This document shows positions 1 through 8,514 of a DNA stretch of 42,701 nt, in pieces. The position numbers were made by a program, and so were the translations under genes. Within the stretch, counting starts at the first letter, position 1. Each line of letters starts with the position of its first letter. Source of the stretch: Draconibacterium orientale (lineage in GTDB: Bacteria; Bacteroidota; Bacteroidia; Bacteroidales; FEN-979); the NCBI GenBank assembly GCA_020719165.1, contig DYQT01000003.1:1-42701 (forward strand), written 5' to 3'. The notes beneath the pieces were generated by a model, which was not told the DNA's origin, did not search any database, and saw only the letters and a program-made list of their open reading frames with translations.

Positions 1-14
1 GAATTTCTGCATTC

Positions 15-938
15 CTATTTGCCGAAATCTCGCATTGTTATTTGCCGTTTACAATCTTTTTTACTCAATCTTTTTATCATGATCAGCTCATACACGGCAT
101 ACATATAATGAGCCCATACACCGGCCAACATAACAAGCAGGGTTATAATCATCCACATCGGGGCGATCGGTGTCCATAGCTCACGGGAGGGGATTTCTGC
201 CTGGTAATACTGTTTAGGGACTCCCCAGTTAATTGTGTTTTGACCCTGAAGAAATCCGAATTTATCGTGTTCTTCGATTTTCGCGATCACCACAAGGTTG
301 CCCAATGAATCGCCGACAATTTCCTTTGGAAACTCCAAGGTTCCGACACCAGTTTCATCGAGGGCAATTTCACCGATTTTCAACAGACTGAAAAGCCTTG
401 GGATATAGATGATCACTGTTTCATTCGGGATGGCAACTGCTTCACCTTTTTCATTTTCCTGAGTGGCCGTTACTTTTAAAATTCTAAGGGAGTCTTCAAC
501 ATTGAACAAAAGTTTGATTTTTGCCGGTTTAGCCACCACAGAGGCTTCTGCCCAGGGATATTTATCAGTGCCAATGAAAGTTGCAGAATAGGAAACCAAC
601 CCCTCTTTATCAGCCGGAAAGTTTGAAATTGCGACTCTGCATGTGGCGATCCCTTCCTGGGTGGTAGAGAATTTTCCTAAACTCAGGTTTGTCTCCCCGT
701 TAGAGGCAGAAAAGGCTATTTGTGCGTTTTCAAGGGCCAGGGTAAAATCACCTTTTTTTATGGAAAGGACTGCACTTAGAATGACCGAATCGGAGTTACA
801 CAAATAATTCAGCGCCAATCGGGATTCAACCGGTAGTGCGAGAGAGTCTGTTTTTTCAGCGGCAAAAGAGTTCAATGGCAGCATGGCCATGGAAATCAAC
901 GTGACAAGAAAAACCGATATTACGATAACTCTTTTCAT
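15..938 (-). CDS. Exported protein with beta-rich (Ig-like) body and C-terminal TM anchor; last visible gene of the cytochrome cluster
   Basis: 307-aa ORF; N-terminal signal peptide (MKRVIVISVFLV...SFA); C-terminal hydrophobic helix PMWMIITLLVMLAGVWAHY; 29 bp downstream of the NrfD-like gene. Confidence 0.7.
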   Translation of the reverse strand: MKRVIVISVFLVTLISMAMLPLNSFAAEKTDSLALPVESRLALNYLCNSDSVILSAVLSIKKGDFTLALENAQIAFSASNGETNLSLGKFSTTQEGIATCRVAISNFPADKEGLVSYSATFIGTDKYPWAEASVVAKPAKIKLLFNVEDSLRILKVTATQENEKGEAVAIPNETVIIYIPRLFSLLKIGEIALDETGVGTLEFPKEIVGDSLGNLVVIAKIEEHDKFGFLQGQNTINWGVPKQYYQAEIPSRELWTPIAPMWMIITLLVMLAGVWAHYMYAVYELIMIKRLSKKDCKRQITMRDFGK

Positions 939-967
939 AGGTGATAATGAGTAATTCCGGTGAATGA

Positions 968-2281
968 TTAAACTAAAACATCTTCTTTTTTATTTTCTCC
1001 CTGAGTTCCGACAAGCGGAACGATGGTAATAAACTTGGAGGCCAGGGTGAAAAGGAGACAAAAGATGGCAACACCAGCCGCGGTGAGACTCCATTCGACC
1101 CAGGTTGCCGAATAATTCAGCCATTCGGGTCGCGAATCCTGAATGGGCAGATAAGGAGATTCAAGTGTTGGAACGACAATGATATACCGGTTGAGCCACA
1201 AAGCAATGATGACAACCACGGCAGTAAGTGTGATGTTGGTTATGGTACGGAATTTGGCAATACCGATAACAATCAAGGGTAAAAGAACCCCCACATAATT
1301 TGAAAAGATAAATGGCCAGTAGAATTCTTTAAAGAGCAGTTGGATGAGTAATTCATCATTTTTTTCAGAGCCGTACCACTTCGTGAGATAATCGCTGAAG
1401 GTAAAATAGCCAAAAAAAGCAGCGAGTACCAGCATGATCACGCCTACCGACACGAAATGCTTTTTCGTTATGTATTCTTCAAGGTGGTAAACCTTTCTGA
1501 AAACCCACATGCAAACGATTAATACTGCACTCCCGGAATACACTGCGGCTATTACGAAGTAGGGCCCGAAGATGGTGCTGTGCCAGCCAGGTTGCAGGGT
1601 AACGCTGAAAATCCATGCCAATACCGAATAAACGATGATGGCAATTGCGATAACCATTGCTGCCATGATGTCGGTAGCCCTGTTTAATCGCTTTTGCTGT
1701 TCGGGCGAGCCATTGTATCCAAGTGCCAGAACTTTATACAATTTTTTTCGCCAATTGGGAAGCCGTAGCAGTTCATAATCCCTGAGGGTTGCCAGATCGC
1801 GCAATAAAGAGAGATAGAGGAAGATAAAACACCCAAAAATGTCTGTTGTGATCGCAATAACGTCCCAGGTAATTGGAGACTGAATTCTGCCAAATATAAC
1901 CAGGTAATGCAATTTATCGAGCCTTCCGATACAGAGCAGGATAAAGCACGGGCCAATCAGCAATGCGATGATGGTAATAAATTCGGCCATACGAATGATT
2001 GGTTTCCGCCATGCCGTTTTAAACAGATGGAGTGTTCCGGAGATGAGGGCGCCGGCATAACTAATTCCCATGAAGAAGATGAAGTTCACAATATAAACCC
2101 CCCATACCACATTATCGCGCATGCCTGTAACTTCGTGTCCGTTAATGACTTGTGCAAGAAAAGCGAAAAAGCCCAATATGATAACAGCTACCAGGAAAGC
2201 GAGCCATGCATAGCCATATATGGAAGTCCGCTCGAGTTGCGGAGCAAAGTCTTTTAATGAATTATTTTGTTGCAGTTCCAT
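968..2281 (-). CDS. NrfD/PsrC family polytopic membrane protein (quinol oxidoreductase membrane subunit)
   Basis: About 10 hydrophobic segments; VVWGVYIVNFIFFMGISYAG, R-MAE, SPITWD and PGWHSTIFGPYFV motifs typical of the NrfD/ActC family. Confidence 0.9.
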   Translation of the reverse strand: MELQQNNSLKDFAPQLERTSIYGYAWLAFLVAVIILGFFAFLAQVINGHEVTGMRDNVVWGVYIVNFIFFMGISYAGALISGTLHLFKTAWRKPIIRMAEFITIIALLIGPCFILLCIGRLDKLHYLVIFGRIQSPITWDVIAITTDIFGCFIFLYLSLLRDLATLRDYELLRLPNWRKKLYKVLALGYNGSPEQQKRLNRATDIMAAMVIAIAIIVYSVLAWIFSVTLQPGWHSTIFGPYFVIAAVYSGSAVLIVCMWVFRKVYHLEEYITKKHFVSVGVIMLVLAAFFGYFTFSDYLTKWYGSEKNDELLIQLLFKEFYWPFIFSNYVGVLLPLIVIGIAKFRTITNITLTAVVVIIALWLNRYIIVVPTLESPYLPIQDSRPEWLNYSATWVEWSLTAAGVAIFCLLFTLASKFITIVPLVGTQGENKKEDVLV

Positions 2282-2283
2282 GG

Positions 2284-3246
2284 TTACGGGTTATTTTTTT
2301 TGCTATACGGAGTATCTTTATAGCGATCAATAATTTCCTGATCCATGTCGACAAAGCCTCTGTCAACTTCAAACTGACGGTCAACCGGAGGCAGATAATA
2401 AACGCATGGGCGTGTGCCAAGTGTTTCAAGATAGCGGTATCCTGCACGATCGTGAATTAGCTTGCTAAACTGATATGTTTCGGTACCGTTGGTCACGGTG
2501 TCTTCGTCAATGTCGCCAAAATAGATAACTCCCATGGGGCAGGCAGAGGCGCAATAGGGTATTTTACCAACCCGGATAAGGTCGGGGCAGAAATCACATT
2601 TTGAAACGGTACCCTCTTTTCCGGGGCTGCTGGCCTCTGGTGAATAGGGTTCTTTATCTTCATCGAATTCCGGGTAATGTTTCCAGGCAAACACGCGGGA
2701 AGAATAGGGGCATCCGGTCATACAGAATTTACAGCCGATGCAGCGTTCATTGTCGATGAGCACAATTCCGTCGGATCGTTTATAGGTAGCACCAACAGGG
2801 CAAACGCTCACACAGAGAGGATTGTCGCAATGGAAACAGGGTTTAGGGAACCAATAGGGCGCTGTTTTTTCAGAATCCTGGAGCAGATAGACCTTAATAA
2901 ACTCCTGCCCTTTAGGAAGATGATGTCCTTTCTGACATGCTTCCACGCATTTACGGGCATTTTTACATTTTCCAAGGTCAATGACCATCACAAATTTACG
3001 TCCGGGAATTCCGTTATGAGAATCTTCACGGGAAACGCGGGGCAATTTTAACAAACCCCGGTCAACCTCCATAATTTCGCCGTTGGTGGTAAGAACTTTT
3101 ACTTTTTCACCGGATTCTGAAGCTGATGTATCAACATAGGCAGCAACAAGACCACCGCCCAGAGCTGCCCCGGCGCCTGCTATCAACCCTTTTTTCAAGA
3201 ATTGACGGCGTGAATTTTTCTGGCTCTTATTCAATTCTTCTTCCAC
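2284..3246 (-). CDS. NrfC/DmsB/PsrB-type four-cluster Fe-S protein with Tat signal
   Basis: SRRQFLKK twin-arginine motif; Cys groups CKNARKCVEAC, CFHCDNPLCVSVCP, CIGCKFCMTGCP and CDFC...CASACP; C-terminal LGTRPCVYY. Confidence 0.92.
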   Translation of the reverse strand: MEEELNKSQKNSRRQFLKKGLIAGAGAALGGGLVAAYVDTSASESGEKVKVLTTNGEIMEVDRGLLKLPRVSREDSHNGIPGRKFVMVIDLGKCKNARKCVEACQKGHHLPKGQEFIKVYLLQDSEKTAPYWFPKPCFHCDNPLCVSVCPVGATYKRSDGIVLIDNERCIGCKFCMTGCPYSSRVFAWKHYPEFDEDKEPYSPEASSPGKEGTVSKCDFCPDLIRVGKIPYCASACPMGVIYFGDIDEDTVTNGTETYQFSKLIHDRAGYRYLETLGTRPCVYYLPPVDRQFEVDRGFVDMDQEIIDRYKDTPYSKKNNP

Positions 3247-3256
3247 TTTTTAATTA

Positions 3257-3880
3257 TTAGTGAGATTCGTGGTAACCATTGATCATGCTTTTAAAGTTGC
3301 TTGTAGGGGTTTTTCCGATGGTGCAAAAATAGACATGAACAAACATGATGATGCTGATACCAAATCCCGCGGTGATGTGAAGCAGGTCGGTCAGGTCAAG
3401 TCCGCTGATATTAAATATGCTGTAAACCGTCATCTCAGGATAAAGAAGACCCCATCCTGAAATAATCACAAATGGGACAAACCCGTACATAAGAACCACA
3501 TACGTAACCTGCTGCAGGGGGTTGAATTTACTTTCTTCATTAACCGGGAATGGAGCATCTTCTTTTTTAAATATTCCGATCGTATAGTATTTGAATTGTT
3601 TCATCAGCCGGTCAAAAAAGCCTTTAACAGGGATTACATAATAGGCTCCGTTGGGGGTAAAGAGGTTTCCAAGAAAAAAGAGGCCATAATTTATTGTAAG
3701 AAAAATTCCTGCAATATTATGGATGGATACTGCAGCATTGAATTTTACCACAGTCTGAGGATTTGAAAACTGGATACTTAATCCGGTTATGATTAAAAGA
3801 AGGCAGAGAAGGGCATTTGTCATATGCCAGATCCTGATCCACACAGGATACAAATAGAGTTGTTCAGTTTGATGCTTCAT
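3257..3880 (-). CDS. Cytochrome b/b6-domain membrane protein (CbcB/FdnI-like)
   Basis: RIWHMTNA, SIHNIAG, LLHIT and FVHVY His-bearing TM helices; KFNPLQ motif; four hydrophobic segments. Confidence 0.88.
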   Translation of the reverse strand: MKHQTEQLYLYPVWIRIWHMTNALLCLLLIITGLSIQFSNPQTVVKFNAAVSIHNIAGIFLTINYGLFFLGNLFTPNGAYYVIPVKGFFDRLMKQFKYYTIGIFKKEDAPFPVNEESKFNPLQQVTYVVLMYGFVPFVIISGWGLLYPEMTVYSIFNISGLDLTDLLHITAGFGISIIMFVHVYFCTIGKTPTSNFKSMINGYHESH

Positions 3881-3888
3881 TTTTTGCT

Positions 3889-4914
3889 TTATTTTTTTAT
3901 GCGCAGAGCCGCATGGATGATTATTACCAAAATTGTAAGTCCGAATATTATCAGGCTGATGATGTTAAGGGTATTGCTTTTGTCTGGTCCGATCGAGGTT
4001 GAATCGCCCATCAGGAGGCCTTTGATAACACCTTCTTTTTGAATTTTTTCGCTAACCTGATACTTATATAGAGAGGCATAGAGGATGGAGTTTTTCGAAT
4101 GGCAGGATTCACATTTTCTGACGGCATCTTTTTTAGAAACCACAAGATGAGCCACGACCAGGGTGTCTTCGTTACGGGCATGACATTCGATGCACCGGAC
4201 ATTGGTAAAGTGGGATGCCTGGTTGGGCAGCCATTCATGTTTACTTAAAATATTGGGTTGGGCCTTGTTGGTAAGCAATTGGTAATTTTGCAAATCCCCG
4301 TGACAGTTGAGACAAATCATATTGTCATAGGTTATTGTCTCTTTAAGATTCTCATTTGAGCGGGCATTTATTTTATATTCATGGGCATCGTGGCACATCC
4401 AGCATGTAAAATCCTCATTGTGTTTTAAAGAATGAACACTGGCCAGGAAGGCGGTATCGATTTTTTCAAATTCAAACATCGCATATTTTTCATCACCTCC
4501 GTGGCAATCGATGCAGTTGGCGATGGCCTCCATGCGAAGATTTCCGGCGTGGGGAAAGGTTTCATAATCTTCAGAATGGCAATCGGTACATTTGAATTCA
4601 CGGTGGTTTGAAACGTAGTATAAATCACGGTTTTTAACCAATTCCGTGTACATTTTCTTAGTCACTGTTTTTTCGGAATCCGGGTTTTCGTAAGAGTATT
4701 TCGACTGACCATGGCAGCTGAAACATTTCTCATTTTCAGCAGCATTTTTAAATTTTGAAAGATCTATTTTGGAAGGTGTTTCCGGCTCGGTTTGGTTGTT
4801 ATTATTTACCGGAGAAGAGGTACCGGATAATTTGATCAGTGTGAATGCCAGCAGGCATAACAGCATTAATAAAATAACAACCCAGGCAGGACGGATATTG
4901 GCTTTATTCATCAT
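3889..4914 (-). CDS. Heptaheme c-type cytochrome with C-terminal TM helix (CbcA-like)
   Basis: Seven CxxCH motifs (CFSCH, CTDCH, CIDCH, CWMCH, CLNCH, CIECH, CESCH); N-terminal hydrophobic segment; C-terminal helix IISLIIFGLTILVIIIHAALR with His. Confidence 0.9.
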   Translation of the reverse strand: MMNKANIRPAWVVILLMLLCLLAFTLIKLSGTSSPVNNNNQTEPETPSKIDLSKFKNAAENEKCFSCHGQSKYSYENPDSEKTVTKKMYTELVKNRDLYYVSNHREFKCTDCHSEDYETFPHAGNLRMEAIANCIDCHGGDEKYAMFEFEKIDTAFLASVHSLKHNEDFTCWMCHDAHEYKINARSNENLKETITYDNMICLNCHGDLQNYQLLTNKAQPNILSKHEWLPNQASHFTNVRCIECHARNEDTLVVAHLVVSKKDAVRKCESCHSKNSILYASLYKYQVSEKIQKEGVIKGLLMGDSTSIGPDKSNTLNIISLIIFGLTILVIIIHAALRIKK

Positions 4915-4950
4915 AGTTCACAAAAAGTTAACGGAGTTTGTCGGGAAAAG

Positions 4951-4992
4951 AAAATGGGTGCAGGCAGGAAGAATCCTGCCAACACCCATTTT
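4951..4992 (-). terminator. Intra-cluster stem-loop (terminator/attenuator or RNA-stabilising hairpin)
   Basis: AAAATGGGTG-CA-GGCAGGA-agaa-TCCTGCC-AA-CACCCATTTT; followed by a U-rich tract on the - strand. Confidence 0.6.
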
Positions 4993-5019
4993 GTGCATTA
5001 TTTTTGAATCATTTTGTAA

Positions 5020-5436
5020 TTACTTTTTCATTGTGCGCATAAAAGCAACAAGGGCCCAACGGTCGCTGGCTTCCGGAATTTTCTTTTCGTAGCCGGGCAT
5101 GTCATCGCGGCCTTTGTTGGTCCGATAAAAAATTTCGCCATCTGTTCCTGCCTGGAAGGCGGCACTTGAAAAGTCGCCCGACTCTGTCTTCAGAGAGGCT
5201 GCTTTTGGTCCATCGCCCAGGCCTTTGCTGCCGTGGCATGATTTGCAATGTTTTGCCCAAAGTTCTTTACCTGTGGCTAAGTCTGCTTTTGCAGGGGCTT
5301 TCATGGCTTTATCTTTATCGGGTACCGGCCATGGTTTAGCTTTTGCCTGTTGTGCCTGAAGTGAATTTCCAAACAGGAAAACCACAGCGATAACTGCAGC
5401 CATCATGATTGATGCTAATTTTTGTGTTGTTTTCAT
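5020..5436 (-). CDS. Periplasmic monoheme class I cytochrome c
   Basis: Signal peptide ending LQA; single CKSCH; GLGDGP motif; DDMPGY distal Met; Lys/Ala-rich. Confidence 0.9.
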   Translation of the reverse strand: MKTTQKLASIMMAAVIAVVFLFGNSLQAQQAKAKPWPVPDKDKAMKAPAKADLATGKELWAKHCKSCHGSKGLGDGPKAASLKTESGDFSSAAFQAGTDGEIFYRTNKGRDDMPGYEKKIPEASDRWALVAFMRTMKK

Positions 5437-5473
5437 TGTAATTTGAATTTAGGTTAAATAATTAGTTATTTGA

Positions 5474-6424
5474 TTAAAAGCCCCATAAACGGGTCATGTT
5501 AAATCCAAGGAGAATAAAGCCATTAAAAAAGTTGTTGGTGTTGTGCATCACGATCTCCGATGGTAAAATTCCCTGGGCGGCAGAGATGTACATATGAAAA
5601 GCATGCGTACTGGTTGAAACTTCCCAGCCAAGAGAGATATTGGCATAAGGTGCCTTATTTGTGGGAATTTCGAGCCAGTCATAGCCATCTCTGACAATAA
5701 AAGCAGGATCGTAATTGATAATGATGGGCTGTGTGTAGGCAATTACGATTGATGACTGCGGACTTACTTTGACCCGTCCAAGGAGAGAAAATGCGAAGGC
5801 ATCATTTCTGGCCGTAGAATCGACGCTCTGGTCAACCCTGTTGAAATGGGTGTAGCTGAGTCCCAATTGGGCTGCAAACATGTTGTTGAACCGGCGGGCG
5901 AACATAAACTCGTTGTAATATGCAAAACGATCAATAAACTTATAGTCGGTTCCGTAAGTGGTTTTGTTGGTGGCATTGAGCGACAGATTAAAGAAATAGG
6001 CAATGGTAAGGGGGAATCCCTCTTTGCGCTGGTGCATGAAAACATATTTCACCTGTAAGTCTTGCAACCTGCTGTTTTTGGTTGTTCCCAATCCGACAAG
6101 CAAGTTTTTGGTTATACTGAAGTTCAATCCGATGCGAATGTTGGAAGCGCCCCATAGCCCTGCCAGATCTGACCAGCCATTCTGGATGGTTCCGAATCGA
6201 TGCTGGAGGACGAATTCGAGGGTTTTTGCAGGAGGTATCGCCACGGTCATGTTATCCATACAGATGCCACTTTCAAAAGCGGCTTTGGCCAGCGGTTTTT
6301 GGGTAACTTCCGGTTCTGCGGGGATAGTATCCTGTGCAAGTGAAGTTCCCATCGCAGAGATCAGCATGATAACCCCGAGTAAAAGTTTTTTCATGATCGA
6401 TATTATTGATTGCATTTTTTTCAT
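5474..6424 (-). CDS. Outer-membrane beta-barrel protein (DUF5777-like)
   Basis: Signal peptide; LEFVLQHRFG, NIRIGL and STSTHAF motifs recalled from DUF5777; alternating beta pattern; C-terminal ...LGFNMTRLWGF ending in Phe. Start may be the later Met (MKKLLLG). Confidence 0.8.
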   Translation of the reverse strand: MKKMQSIISIMKKLLLGVIMLISAMGTSLAQDTIPAEPEVTQKPLAKAAFESGICMDNMTVAIPPAKTLEFVLQHRFGTIQNGWSDLAGLWGASNIRIGLNFSITKNLLVGLGTTKNSRLQDLQVKYVFMHQRKEGFPLTIAYFFNLSLNATNKTTYGTDYKFIDRFAYYNEFMFARRFNNMFAAQLGLSYTHFNRVDQSVDSTARNDAFAFSLLGRVKVSPQSSIVIAYTQPIIINYDPAFIVRDGYDWLEIPTNKAPYANISLGWEVSTSTHAFHMYISAAQGILPSEIVMHNTNNFFNGFILLGFNMTRLWGF

Positions 6425-6455
6425 TTTTAGGGTGAATTATATTATCATACCGGAG

Positions 6456-6836
6456 TTAGTTATTTTTAGCTCCTTCTTTGATCCAGTTATAAACAATGGC
6501 ATTGTCGGTAGCATTTCCATAGTTAACCATCGATCCGCCCGACAGCAGACAAGTGTATAATATACTGGTTTCAGGGCTTAATGCAACGACCATGTTGTTA
6601 TCAAAAAGACTTTGATATGATTTTCCGCTTCTCAGGTCGGGGGCAACCGAGCCATTATGGCAACCAGCACAGCTGGTGTTAAAAAACGGTTGGACTTTAA
6701 GAGAAAAGCTTGTCGAATCACCGGGAGGAGGTGGAGGCGGGGGTGAATCGGGCTGGATAGTAGCATATTCACAAGCGCCAAACAGAAAAATTCCCATCAG
6801 GATGGCAATCAGATTGATCAATTTATTTTTATGCAT
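6456..6836 (-). CDS. Monoheme cytochrome c lipoprotein with poly-Pro linker
   Basis: Lipobox LFGAC; PPPPPPP linker; CAGCH; GGSM distal Met; WIKEGAKNN C-terminus; start chosen at MHKNKL (ORF track extends to 6860). Confidence 0.82.
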   Translation of the reverse strand: MHKNKLINLIAILMGIFLFGACEYATIQPDSPPPPPPPGDSTSFSLKVQPFFNTSCAGCHNGSVAPDLRSGKSYQSLFDNNMVVALSPETSILYTCLLSGGSMVNYGNATDNAIVYNWIKEGAKNN

Positions 6837-6926
6837 ATTTTTAAGATTTAGGAGTTGCATTCTTGTTTATTCCACAGCTGCTCAGAGCACTATAGGAGCA
6901 AGAAATTTTTTATATGTATTTAACCT

Positions 6927-6963
6927 AAAAAGGCTTCAGGGATTCACCTGAAGCCTTTTTTTT
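6927..6963 (-). terminator. Rho-independent terminator after the hexaheme cytochrome gene
   Basis: Perfect 14-bp stem AAAAAGGCTTCAGG-gattca-CCTGAAGCCTTTTT with A/T tracts on both sides. Confidence 0.8.
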
Positions 6964-6978
6964 CAACAATGAATATGA

Positions 6979-8325
6979 TTACAAATTGTCATTCAACGCC
7001 TTGATTGAATTTGCTAAGAGTGCTCTAACATAATTGGTGTTGTGAATTCCAAGGCTGTATTCCCTTAAGCAGAACTGGAAGTTGATCAACGCACCCGTTT
7101 GAACCATCAATAATTTCGGGAACTTTGGTTTTGCCATATTCGTGGCGCTGGTGTTATAAGGATCTCTCCAATATCCGGAAGGATTTGTAGATGAGCTGTA
7201 AATATCGAGGTAGCCATCATAGTTACCGGTAGTTAAACCAGCCCAGAGATTTGCAGAGGTAGCATCAGCGTGAAGAATATCATGGCCGCCGCCGCATTCG
7301 TTAATTTTGGCGGCTAATTGGTTGAGCAGGTCCTTAATTTCGGTGCGGGGGTTTTTCCATTTTGAAGAATTGGCATCGATCGGGAGTGTACCGTGGCAGG
7401 AGGTGGTGTTACAGCCGTTGAAATTCCAGGTTGTACCTGAACTCAGGGCTGATTCTTTAGCATTGCGCATGTTGAAGGCATGTCCGCCGGCAATCCCGGT
7501 CATCGGATTGGCCATATGGCAGTCCTGACAAGTAGCAACGGATGTGTGCACAGAGTTTTCGTAGGGGACATCTCCGGCGTATTCAATTCCACCCTGACCC
7601 GCATAAACAGCGCTTACGGTGCCATAGTGAACGTGCATTCTGTAGGAGGGCTTCAGCATGGTGTTTTTTGCACCGGCTGCACTGTCATACATAACGGCTT
7701 TTGGGAACATTTTAACAGAGTCGTAATTGAGCAAACGTCCGGCAGGGTCGTTGCCACAGGTAAGCGGACGGGGCTGGTGACATTTAACGCATAAATTGCT
7801 TGATCCGCCACCCTGGGCCAGGTTGATGGTTTTAGTGCCGGCCCACATGGTCATGGGAACCGGGGCAACGGAAGTGAGGGCAATGTCGGACATACCATAG
7901 GTGGTATGCAGGCTGCTGTGGCAGGTATAACAACCGATTTCGCCAATGGCGTTGGCTGCATTGGTAACATAATCATTCGCCCATTTACCGTTTACAAAGG
8001 AAAATGTAGCGGGTGTGTTGTTTGCACATACATAAACGTATGCTTTTTGTTCGTGGCATGGGCCACATGTAACATTACCGGCCTCTTCGAAGGCAGCTTC
8101 GCCCCATGAGTGCTTTGAAAGCTCAAATTCTGTGGCAATTGCATCCACAACAGCTTTGGCATGACACTGTTTGCAAGTTTCACTGGCATCTTTACCATCA
8201 GTACCATCTTTACCTGCAGGGCCGGCAATCCCCTGAGGGCCCTCCTTGGTGCAGGAGGAAAGCATTAAACATGTCGCCACGACCATCAATCCGGCAGCAT
8301 AAAATAGTTTTTGTAAATTTTTCAT
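6979..8325 (-). CDS. Multiheme (5 CxxCH + 1 CX4CH) c-type cytochrome lipoprotein with short collagen-like linker
   Basis: Lipobox LSSC; GPQGIAGPAGKDGTDGKD G-X-Y repeats; CKQCH, CGPCH, CYTCH, CVKCH, CQDCH and CNTTSCH. Confidence 0.9.
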   Translation of the reverse strand: MKNLQKLFYAAGLMVVATCLMLSSCTKEGPQGIAGPAGKDGTDGKDASETCKQCHAKAVVDAIATEFELSKHSWGEAAFEEAGNVTCGPCHEQKAYVYVCANNTPATFSFVNGKWANDYVTNAANAIGEIGCYTCHSSLHTTYGMSDIALTSVAPVPMTMWAGTKTINLAQGGGSSNLCVKCHQPRPLTCGNDPAGRLLNYDSVKMFPKAVMYDSAAGAKNTMLKPSYRMHVHYGTVSAVYAGQGGIEYAGDVPYENSVHTSVATCQDCHMANPMTGIAGGHAFNMRNAKESALSSGTTWNFNGCNTTSCHGTLPIDANSSKWKNPRTEIKDLLNQLAAKINECGGGHDILHADATSANLWAGLTTGNYDGYLDIYSSSTNPSGYWRDPYNTSATNMAKPKFPKLLMVQTGALINFQFCLREYSLGIHNTNYVRALLANSIKALNDNL

Positions 8326-8392
8326 ACTCTTACAGTTTTTGTTTAATAATACGTTTGTGCAGCAGACAACTTGTGCAAAATTGTTTCGGGAA

Positions 8393-8400
8393 CAAAAATA
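8393..8400 (-). promoter_or_regulatory. Bacteroidota -7 promoter element for the cytochrome operon
   Basis: TATTTTTG on the - strand matches TAnnTTTG, about 70 bp upstream of the 8325 start. Confidence 0.6.
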
Positions 8401-8455
8401 TCAAAGTTTGTGAAGGGAGTTGTTAATAAGTCAGTGAGATTTGTTAATATATTAA

Positions 8456-8493
8456 CTGATATATCTCAATCCATGATTGACATATATCAATCA
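8456..8493. promoter_or_regulatory. Tandem FNR-like boxes
   Basis: TTGAC-ATAT-ATCAA (8477-8490, within the palindrome TGATTGA-N6-TCAATCA) and CTGAT-ATAT-CTCAA (8456-8469), versus consensus TTGAT-N4-ATCAA; 21 bp apart. Confidence 0.65.
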
Positions 8494-8514
8494 GTTCTAC
8501 AATTCAAGAATTAC

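Noticed and set aside
968-3246. Canonical alternative complex III or polysulfide reductase operon
   Set aside because: No ActA/D/E/F genes, no molybdopterin-like domain and no PsrA in the window
6979-8325. Hexaheme protein as NrfA, or as an OmcS nanowire orthologue
   Set aside because: No CxxCK active-site motif; similar size and heme number to OmcS, but the motif context differs and it is a lipoprotein, so orthology is unsupported
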